64,000 bases of DNA, taken from positions 124,001-188,000 of IMG/VR virus record IMGVR_UViG_3300010403_000705. One strand, written 5' to 3'. Within the stretch, counting starts at the first letter, position 1. Every line of letters starts with the position of its first letter. Shown one piece after another: positions 8,841-16,839 of this stretch. The position numbers and the translations under genes are program-made. Below the pieces are notes generated by a model. The model had not been told where the DNA came from. It searched no databases and worked only from the letters and a program-made list of their open reading frames with translations.

Positions 8841-9547
8841 ATGCACTATTTATATAAAATTACAAATGTTATTAACAACAAAGTTTACATAGGACAAACT
8901 AATAGTCCAAATTATAGGTGGTATCAGCATTGTTCTTACGCAAAAAAGAAAACAAACACAAACAATATATACATTATGCCATGGCAAAATATGGTGTTGA
9001 AAATTTTACATTTACAATAATTGCGTCTTGTATTGTAAATGATCAAATTGATATTGATAATATAGAAAATATTATAATTAATCAATACAATAGCAGAAAT
9101 AAAGAATTTGGTTATAATTTAAGAGTTGGCGGTAGTCGCGGTTTTCATTCTGAAAAAACAAAACAAAAAATAAGACAAGCTACTTTAAAATAAATCGCAG
9201 AAAAAGGTCATCCTGCTTTAGGTCATAAATGGACACAAGAACAAAAAGATAAATTAAGTATTGCTTTAAAATCTTTAGATAAAGAAAAAATATATACTTC
9301 TGAAGTTAGACAGCATATGTCAGAGGCTCATCTTGGTCATCAAGATTCCAAGGAAACCAAAGAAAATAAATCAGAAAGTGCCAAGCGAGTATGGGTGCAA
9401 AGAATTGATTATTCTGAAATAAAATGTCAAGCAACAAATTGCTCCATTACGGGGAAGGCAAAATATAAAATTGTTGATAACATTAGATATTGTAATAAAC
9501 ATGGCTTAAGAATGTTACGTCATGGAAAATTAGAAAGATTAAAATGA
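8841..9547 (+). pseudogene. GIY-YIG homing endonuclease with NUMOD3-like repeats, disrupted
   Basis: GGAG SD, ATG 8841: MHYLYKITNVINNKVYIGQT; frame break in the A-tract at 8942-8948; continues ...YGVENF...GYNL...GG; in-frame TAA 9191-9193; then HxxExKxK-type repeats to 9547. Confidence 0.9.
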
Positions 9548-9703
9548 AGTTTATAAATGTTTGAGATGTGATTCACTAATATCTCTGGCTGAGTGGAATA
9601 AAATTTATAGATTTTCTATTATCACACAATATATTTTATTAATTAGTTATACTGCATATATTTTCATATAATATAGATTATACTATATATTTGAGGCTTA
9701 CCT

Positions 9704-10810
9704 ATGACTTTTAAGCATATAAAATTTGAAGATTCCTCTACAATGCGTTCTTTAGAAAAAGTAGCGCGAGATAAAGGTTGGATTAGTAACACACCAATAT
9801 CTAAAATTGCCTCTATAAGTAAAGTTGATTTATCAATCTCAACTAATTTAACAGAAAATATTATGAAACTATGTGCGGGATTGAGATCATCCGGATTAGA
9901 TAAATATGCAAATGAAGTTGAGTCAAAATTCATGAATTATAAAAAAGCTCAAACTTTGTATGAAACATCAAAAGAAGTTGGTGAGGATCTAATTGATAAC
10001 GCTCATCCTAAAGGATCTCATAAGTTAAGTGGTATTGAAGGTGATAATATTATTGAAACTATTATTGATCAACATCTTGCAACTATTAAATTAACAGAAA
10101 AAAAACCAACTGGTAAACTATCTTCTCAAGATATTTTGCGATCAGTTAAAATAGTACTTTCACAAGCTGCTAGCAACCCTACTATTGTACAAGCTCTTAC
10201 TTCAGCGTTAAATGCCATGAAGACTATATTCAGTCTTCATAGCGAGCAATCTTTTTTAACACGTCCAATTGCATGGGGCGAAGATACATTGATAGAAAAT
10301 ATTAATTATGCTTTAAACAATACACATGATGTAAATGTACTAGAGAGAATTTATCCTAAAATTAAATTAGGTGTAGACAATTTTTATCTTGCCTACAAAC
10401 CAGGTACTGTTATTGGAGGTTCTAGCGCAGAAGTGTGGGCAGGTATGTTACCACTGTTTAATAAAGTATATGCTGCATTAACTACTATAAAACAAACAAT
10501 GGAAAATTCAAATAGTAAGATTCAACCAAAAACTTCAGTAGATGTATTAACTCAATGGTTACATAATGCTAATTCTACCTTAAAAGGTTTTCAAGCTAAG
10601 ATAAGTACAGATCCAGATCTAACTGAAAGTGAGAAACAAGAAGCTAGCACTTGGATAGTTAAAAAGATGAATAATGTCGCTAATGTAGAATCTCAGTTTC
10701 AATCTATGGACGATGACGAGAAAATACAAAATGCTGAATTACTATTATCTAATTTAAAAAAAATAACAACTCCTAGTTTCGGACAATTTAAAAAAGCATG
10801 GATAGATTAA
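9704..10810 (+). CDS. putative internal head/ejection protein, paralogous N-terminus with 14653..15888
   Basis: 368 aa; SLEKVARDKGWI, LYE...DLIDNAHP, KKPTGKL align by eye with FFKIAQEQGLI, LYG...NIIEDAHP, KVPNGHL. Confidence 0.55.
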   Translation: MTFKHIKFEDSSTMRSLEKVARDKGWISNTPISKIASISKVDLSISTNLTENIMKLCAGLRSSGLDKYANEVESKFMNYKKAQTLYETSKEVGEDLIDNAHPKGSHKLSGIEGDNIIETIIDQHLATIKLTEKKPTGKLSSQDILRSVKIVLSQAASNPTIVQALTSALNAMKTIFSLHSEQSFLTRPIAWGEDTLIENINYALNNTHDVNVLERIYPKIKLGVDNFYLAYKPGTVIGGSSAEVWAGMLPLFNKVYAALTTIKQTMENSNSKIQPKTSVDVLTQWLHNANSTLKGFQAKISTDPDLTESEKQEASTWIVKKMNNVANVESQFQSMDDDEKIQNAELLLSNLKKITTPSFGQFKKAWID

Positions 10811-10818
10811 AAGGGTTT

Positions 10819-11973
10819 ATGTCTGATAAATTAAATTTAATTAAAAAATACGCACAACAAACTGAAGATATACCTATTCCAACTAGAAAATCTCCTAAAA
10901 CTAAACAAGTCTCACAACAGAATGTAGATTCCAATATACCAGTAGCAAAAAAAATGGGACCAACTATTAAGGAACGTCTTCAAAATATAGTACCAGGATT
11001 TGCTTCCAAAAAAAATGCGCCAGGTAACTCTGCGCAGCAAATGGCAGATGCTATTAGTGCAGTTAAAGAAATGCAAACTGCAATGCAAAACTTAGCACAA
11101 ACAGTAATTACAGATGCGGAGTCTGGCACTATGGCATATAAACCAAAAGATGCCACTCAACCAGGAGCTAGTGATGAAGTAAAAACATCTAAAAAAAGTT
11201 TTAATGATTTTATTGCTGAGCAATATTTAGGTGGTTTAGACGAAGATAAGAAAGGTGTAGAATGGACCAAAGATACGCATGTAGTAACTTTACCAGGCAA
11301 GCAAAAAACACAAACAGACATTTATGAATTAGATGTTGTTATGGATACTTTGCGTAGAGTAGGTGCAAGTACTAAAGAATTTACAGTAGACGGTAAATGG
11401 GATTTTAGAACAGATAATGCATTAAGAAATATAATGGGTTTTGCTTATGCTTTATTACAATTAGAAGGTGATTTTGGACTAGAAAATAATATTTATACTT
11501 TTGATCACTGGAAAAATTTTAATAAAGCTTTATCTGAGTATAAAATAGAAAATGGAATAGTAAAACTTTCAGCGGCACATAAAATAACAAGAGCCAACGC
11601 TATCACTAAACATTTGAGAGCAATTAGTAAATTATATAATCATTTTAGACAACAAGTATTGGCTAGACCAGAATTTAGACCCACTATAGAAGGAAAAAGA
11701 CCTTTTGATAGGTATACGACACAAGGTTCTAATAAAAATGTTTTAACAGCACCAGAGGAACAAATGTCAAAATCAGATGCTATCAAAATTCCGCTTAACA
11801 CACCTTATTCTGCGCCTAATTTACCTAATAAAAAATTAGATTATATTCCAATTAAAGCACTACTTAATAGAAGCGAGTACATAAAATGGATGGTTAATTA
11901 CGCTGGTAATACAGAAGTTGCTGCTATGGATATTTTCAATAAAATTATAAAACCTAAAATTGAATTAATGTGA
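10819..11973 (+). CDS. putative internal head protein
   Basis: Track ORF 10798..11973; ATG 10819 after AAGGG preferred; begins MSDKLNLIKKYAQQ. Confidence 0.55.
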   Translation: MSDKLNLIKKYAQQTEDIPIPTRKSPKTKQVSQQNVDSNIPVAKKMGPTIKERLQNIVPGFASKKNAPGNSAQQMADAISAVKEMQTAMQNLAQTVITDAESGTMAYKPKDATQPGASDEVKTSKKSFNDFIAEQYLGGLDEDKKGVEWTKDTHVVTLPGKQKTQTDIYELDVVMDTLRRVGASTKEFTVDGKWDFRTDNALRNIMGFAYALLQLEGDFGLENNIYTFDHWKNFNKALSEYKIENGIVKLSAAHKITRANAITKHLRAISKLYNHFRQQVLARPEFRPTIEGKRPFDRYTTQGSNKNVLTAPEEQMSKSDAIKIPLNTPYSAPNLPNKKLDYIPIKALLNRSEYIKWMVNYAGNTEVAAMDIFNKIIKPKIELM

Positions 11974-11981
11974 AGGATACT

Positions 11982-13517
11982 ATGTCTTTTTTATATGATT
12001 TATATAATGAGTCTATGAATGATTTTCTTTTTAAAAAAACTGCTCAAAACATACCACCTATATCTCCTAATGAAGTTGCTAAAAAATTAGTTAGTAGACT
12101 AGAAAGAGAAATATCGGGTATACCAGAATCATTAAATATTTCTTCTGAAAATTCTAGTTCTGTTGATTTAGGAGTTAATCAATTACAAAATTTAGGAAAA
12201 TTACTTCAGTTCATGTCAGCTAATAAAATAAAAGTTGATAATATAAGAGTAGTATTTCCAGAGGCTGAAGCTAGTTCTTTACCAGAAGAAGAAAGACATA
12301 AACTATCTCCTGTTAGTGTCAATATGTCTAGAGATGCTGTTAGTAGAAAATGGAACACTGCCGATTTTTACACAAATCTTCCTTTATTAATAAAATATGT
12401 TACTTATCTACAAAATAAAGCTCAGGAATTAAAAAGAAATGGGGATGTCCAGGGCAGAATATTAGAAGTAATGATTGGTAAATTAATAGATTCTGTAAAT
12501 AATATCAAACCTGATTCTGGACTTTCTAGATCTCCTAAATCTAAACCAGATTTGCCTAATGAAATGCCGCAAGAAACAGTGGTAGATAATTTCGGAACAA
12601 AAATTTTCGACATTAATAATCCATATACTGATAAAGGACCACTAGTTCTAACTGGTAAAGATTTATTTAGCAAAGAATCTTTAAATGCTTGGATGAAACA
12701 GGCTCCAGAAGCACAAATTTTAGATGGACAATCATCAATAAAATTTACGGATCCTTCAGCGAATCATTGTAATATAATTAATGTGTTACACAAACGTGCT
12801 TCTAATTTAGTTAGAATTTCTTCTTCACCAGAAGATACAAAAAAATATAATTTTTATTTGAATAAGATAACCCAATTAGGACCCGCATTTACAGATCCTC
12901 AAGGGAAAGCTTGTAGTATTGGAGGGTCAACTTCACCTTCAGCAGGTCTATATAATAAACATAATTTTTTGGGACAGCCGGGGGGAGATGGTACTGGTGG
13001 TACTGGCATTTCTACACAAATTCTAGAACAACTTGTTCAAAGCCTTCCTCTTGATCCGCAAGATATAGATTTTAATCGTATTAGAAACTTTTTTAATTTA
13101 TATACTAGAGTAACATCTAGTGATAATGCACAATCTGCTATTACTTCTATGGGAACCGCTTTATATGCTATGACCACTGTTTCTGGATTAACACTAACAG
13201 GAAACCAACAAAATTTTAGGATAACTAGAAACGTACAAGAATTAATTACATGGTTAAAATCACCTGCCGGTAATAATGCTCTTCAATTTTTATATGCATT
13301 ACAGCAAATTATAACAGAGACTGGTAAAGTATTAAGAATGTTCTATAATGAATTTGTTAGAACTACTTATTCTGGAGATAGACAAACTTTAAATAGTGAG
13401 CAAAAAGCTTTAGTAGAGTCACAGATTCTGGGAGCTAATTCTATTTACTCGCAAAACCTTAGAGATATACAATCTTTAATAGCAAATTTTAAAAATACTG
13501 TGAGTACACAAAAATGA
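11982..13517 (+). CDS. putative internal head protein
   Basis: Track ORF 11970..13517; AAGGA SD then ATG 11982; FKKTAQ near the N-terminus. Confidence 0.55.
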   Translation: MSFLYDLYNESMNDFLFKKTAQNIPPISPNEVAKKLVSRLEREISGIPESLNISSENSSSVDLGVNQLQNLGKLLQFMSANKIKVDNIRVVFPEAEASSLPEEERHKLSPVSVNMSRDAVSRKWNTADFYTNLPLLIKYVTYLQNKAQELKRNGDVQGRILEVMIGKLIDSVNNIKPDSGLSRSPKSKPDLPNEMPQETVVDNFGTKIFDINNPYTDKGPLVLTGKDLFSKESLNAWMKQAPEAQILDGQSSIKFTDPSANHCNIINVLHKRASNLVRISSSPEDTKKYNFYLNKITQLGPAFTDPQGKACSIGGSTSPSAGLYNKHNFLGQPGGDGTGGTGISTQILEQLVQSLPLDPQDIDFNRIRNFFNLYTRVTSSDNAQSAITSMGTALYAMTTVSGLTLTGNQQNFRITRNVQELITWLKSPAGNNALQFLYALQQIITETGKVLRMFYNEFVRTTYSGDRQTLNSEQKALVESQILGANSIYSQNLRDIQSLIANFKNTVSTQK

Positions 13518-14599
13518 AGCGAAACTGTAATAGTGAAATAGATTTTTATGTAGATAGTATTATAGTAGAAACTATTTTAAGAGATGAAAAAATAACTAAA
13601 TATGCTGATACGACTAGTAGCGGATTAGTATTATCATTAATTGATAAAGTTAAAAATTATGTAAGTAATCATATTGATCCTGACGATAAGTCTGGCAGTC
13701 TTATTAGCATATTAGGACCTGGTGCTATATCAGTTGCTTTTAGCGCCATGGGACTGAGTTGGTTAGGCACGTTAATTGGTTTAGCTATGAGAGTATTTAA
13801 TATTAATGTAAAAGACATTATCAGTTCTATTTGGGACAAACTTAAATCTGCGATAGCTGGAGATAAACCAGTATCTTCCGCACAAGTAGATTCTTTTGTT
13901 CAAAGTGCGATACAAGAACATTCTCAGCCAGCTACACAAGAAGAAGCAGAAAAAGCTGCAAAAAATATGGAAAGCAAATCATTTTCAAAACTTGTTAGAG
14001 ATGCACAATTTGTTAAGTTAGCTATGATAAATTATGAAAATGATTCTTTTAGAAAAGAAGCTGGATTTTTTGAAATGTTCAGTAGCAGAAAATCTAAAAC
14101 TGTTTCGATTTTAACAAGAGTGCTTAGTTGGATTTTTAAGATTGCTCTAGCATCTGCTGGGCTCATGGTAGCAGGAGATGTTGTAAACAAATTTGTAGGT
14201 AGACCTAATGCCATTGATAATACTATTCAAAAAGGTAAGCCTATTGAACAACCCATAGTTCCCGCTAATATATCTAAACAAAAAAAATTTTTAGTTAAAC
14301 CTACCTATAATGCTAACGAAAAATACAACACCAGAGATTCTAATTGGATAGAAAGAATATCTAATGATCCATCTTCTATTGAAAACATGTTAATATCTTT
14401 TGTTAAAGAAGTATATGAAGGATTAAACGGCAAAGAGAATATTATTAAAAGCTCACCAGCTTTTCAAATGGTTAAAAATAGAATTATTTGGTATAATCAT
14501 ACTAGTCCTAATTCACCTATGATATGGATTCCAAAATATTTTTCTTCCAAAAAACAAATTGTCGATTATTTCATTGATGATGTAGCAGAAAGGGCATAA
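13514..14599 (+). CDS. putative internal/ejection protein with hydrophobic helices
   Basis: 361 aa; TKYAD and RKEAG motifs, each upstream of an apolar segment (GSLISILGPGAISVAFSAMGLSWLGTLIGLAM; VLSWIFKIALASAGLMVAG). Confidence 0.55.
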   Translation: MKRNCNSEIDFYVDSIIVETILRDEKITKYADTTSSGLVLSLIDKVKNYVSNHIDPDDKSGSLISILGPGAISVAFSAMGLSWLGTLIGLAMRVFNINVKDIISSIWDKLKSAIAGDKPVSSAQVDSFVQSAIQEHSQPATQEEAEKAAKNMESKSFSKLVRDAQFVKLAMINYENDSFRKEAGFFEMFSSRKSKTVSILTRVLSWIFKIALASAGLMVAGDVVNKFVGRPNAIDNTIQKGKPIEQPIVPANISKQKKFLVKPTYNANEKYNTRDSNWIERISNDPSSIENMLISFVKEVYEGLNGKENIIKSSPAFQMVKNRIIWYNHTSPNSPMIWIPKYFSSKKQIVDYFIDDVAERA

Positions 14600-14652
14600 T
14601 AAAATTGTGCATATGCTGACATATCTTTGTAATTTTGCCTGTGAGATAATCA

Positions 14653-15888
14653 ATGAATAAACGTAGAAGCGATGTTTTAGATAATTTCTTTAAAATAGCA
14701 CAAGAACAAGGTTTAATTTCAAATAAAAATACAACAGAAAAAACTAAACGAAAATTAGAAAAAACACACCGAGCTGATTCGTTAAGTGCCAAAGATATTG
14801 AAGAACTTTATGGAATCAAACCAGAAATGTCTAAAGGTAATCAATATACAAGAAATATTATTGAAGACGCTCATCCTACATCATATATCGCTGCTCCTTC
14901 ATATGATAAACTAAATGGTTTAGTGGAAAACGAAAATGAAAGACAAGATATTACATTACATATTTTAAATAAAGTTCCTAATGGACATCTGACTGGTCAT
15001 AAATATGCTGCAAAAGATTTAATATTATCACTAGTAAGAGTGGGTAATGATTTAGATCATAAAAATAATGATCGATTACGAATATTAGCAGATACTTGTT
15101 TGCTACAAGTTAGCCAACCAATGAAAAAAAATGCAGCTGCCGTATTGATAGCAATTCCGGTATTACTTGGATCCTTATATCTGCAACAACATTTATCATT
15201 CGTTAATGAAGGGTTTGAAAAAAATCATCAAAAAATAATTGCTGAAATAGACGATTTATTACAATCTAGTTCTTCGTGGGGAATAGGATATGATTATAAA
15301 TCAGATTTCAAAAATATGGTGCAAGATTTTAAAACTAAACTAATGAATTTTTATACACTATATAAAAAAATAGAACCTATAATTACTGATTTAGAAAAAC
15401 CAAGAACAGCAAAAGATTTAATAGAATTATCAAAACAACCACAAACAGATACAGTGGTAAAAGCTTACGGTGCCCTTAAATCCGCAGCAGACAATATGTT
15501 ACCTTATATTATTACTATTGAAAAAAACTTTGCTTCAGAAACTTATAAAACTAGACAAATAGAAGATAAAGGATTTATGTCTTCTCTAGTTGATAATCTA
15601 CAAGTTTTTCATGGAGGAAAAGGACTAGTAGCTGATGATTTTGAGGATATTGTAAGAGCTATTGATCCATACAAAAAATCTATAAATGATTTAGTTAATA
15701 TATTAAAAAATGCTGAATCTATTGAGAAATCAGCACAGCAGAAAATACAGGAAGCATCTGCATCAGAAACAAATACTCCTAATGAATTTGATTCTACAAC
15801 TCAAAAAGTTGAACCAACAATGGAAAAATCAGATGTTGATCAACAAGTGGAAGATTTAGAAAAAGATCTTGCCGGTGGACTATTATAA
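14653..15888 (+). CDS. putative internal/ejection protein
   Basis: 411 aa; N-terminus paralogous to 9704..10810; KKNA followed directly by hydrophobic AAVLIAIPVLLGSLYL. Confidence 0.55.
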   Translation: MNKRRSDVLDNFFKIAQEQGLISNKNTTEKTKRKLEKTHRADSLSAKDIEELYGIKPEMSKGNQYTRNIIEDAHPTSYIAAPSYDKLNGLVENENERQDITLHILNKVPNGHLTGHKYAAKDLILSLVRVGNDLDHKNNDRLRILADTCLLQVSQPMKKNAAAVLIAIPVLLGSLYLQQHLSFVNEGFEKNHQKIIAEIDDLLQSSSSWGIGYDYKSDFKNMVQDFKTKLMNFYTLYKKIEPIITDLEKPRTAKDLIELSKQPQTDTVVKAYGALKSAADNMLPYIITIEKNFASETYKTRQIEDKGFMSSLVDNLQVFHGGKGLVADDFEDIVRAIDPYKKSINDLVNILKNAESIEKSAQQKIQEASASETNTPNEFDSTTQKVEPTMEKSDVDQQVEDLEKDLAGGLL

Positions 15889-15926
15889 CAAAATAAATTA
15901 TTATTACTACAATTTGTTAATAATAT

Positions 15927-15951
15927 ATCAATAACAAAATATGTTATTGAT
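15927..15951. repeat. 10-bp perfect inverted repeat, 5-nt spacer
   Basis: atcaataaca-aaata-tgttattgat between 14653..15888 and the decoration gene. Confidence 0.75.
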
Positions 15952-15977
15952 TTAGTAAGTTAAGATGTAAGTATAGC

Positions 15978-16004
15978 GTGCCGAATTGTAAATTTATACG
16001 GCAT
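15978..16004 (+). promoter_or_regulatory. GC-rich hairpin in the leader of the decoration gene
   Basis: gtgccg (15978-83) pairs with cggcat (15999-16004), about 22 nt before ATG 16027. Confidence 0.45.
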
Positions 16005-16026
16005 TAAAAGATTATAGGAAAATGAA

Positions 16027-16725
16027 ATGGCTTTAAAATTATTACAACCAGGCGTACAACCTTTAGGTCAGTATGATGGTCTCGATACAGAATTTTTAAC
16101 ATTAAAAGGTGGAGAAATTGTTAGTTTCACTTCAGTTCCTGTTTCTGGATCTGATAAAGCGGCTAGAGACGTACTTGATGGATATGTAAATCCAGGTTCT
16201 GTTCAAAAAAGAGTAGCAGTAACCAGAAACGTTCCCACTACAAAAAGACCTCTTATGTTATCTGATGATGGTATTACTGGATATGGAACTTTATTTGGTT
16301 CCATAATTGGTGGTAGTTTAGGTGGACAAGTAGTTGGAGTTACTATAGGACCACACACTTCTTTAGGTTCAGGTAAAGTAACATTATGGGAAAAACCTGG
16401 TATCTATGCTGTATCTTTAGATGCATGTGATACATCATCTACTGATGGATTACAGCCTACTAATACAACTTTAGATACAGGAGCGGCATTAACTTGGGTT
16501 CCAGCTAGTACTTCTGGGGGTCGGCTAACTCCAGTTGGTAGTGCAGCGGCTGCTGGTAACACAGTGGTTGTGGGTCGCTTTATTGATTTTGAAAGTAATG
16601 GTTCTCTTGTTACTACTCCAAGTAGTTTAGTAGCGGCACTTAATGCACCAGATGGCACATTAGGGGGAGCACTTCCAAAACAATTTGCTTTTGCTACTTT
16701 CTATTTTAATCCTCCATCTGCTTAA
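16027..16725 (+). CDS. capsid decoration/cement-like protein, paralog 2
   Basis: 232 aa, Gly/Thr/Val-rich, immediately upstream of the major capsid gene (position of lambda gpD-type genes). Confidence 0.7.
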   Translation: MALKLLQPGVQPLGQYDGLDTEFLTLKGGEIVSFTSVPVSGSDKAARDVLDGYVNPGSVQKRVAVTRNVPTTKRPLMLSDDGITGYGTLFGSIIGGSLGGQVVGVTIGPHTSLGSGKVTLWEKPGIYAVSLDACDTSSTDGLQPTNTTLDTGAALTWVPASTSGGRLTPVGSAAAAGNTVVVGRFIDFESNGSLVTTPSSLVAALNAPDGTLGGALPKQFAFATFYFNPPSA

Positions 16726-16737
16726 TTAATTTATATT

Positions 16738-16822
16738 CTAGCCGAGGGGCTGGAATAATTCTCTTCGGGGAAACCCCTCAACTTTTAATAATGTTTAGCT
16801 GGTAAAACTGGCAAAAATTCCA
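16738..16822 (+). ncRNA. candidate structured cis-regulatory RNA in the capsid gene leader
   Basis: GC-rich island with gagggg/cccctc stem, cUUCGg hairpin, alternative GGG-GAAA-CCC hairpin and further stems with G-U pairs, ending just before the AGGAG SD. Confidence 0.55.
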
Positions 16823-16839
16823 TTTAGGAGAAAATTTAT

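Noticed and set aside
8942-8948. Functional programmed frameshift in the GIY-YIG gene
   Set aside because: No stimulator found and a second nonsense lesion at 9191 indicates decay; kept only as a low-probability note
9191-9193. Stop-codon reassignment (alternative genetic code)
   Set aside because: The interrupting codon is TAA; long genes translate without interruption in code 11 and TAA, TAG and TGA all end genes
8804-9703. GIY-YIG gene as part of a group I intron splitting a gene
   Set aside because: Flanking genes appear complete with their own stop and start; no intron core seen
16738-16822. tRNA, hammerhead ribozyme or known riboswitch
   Set aside because: No cloverleaf or T-loop, no CUGAUGA core with three stems, no riboswitch consensus recognised
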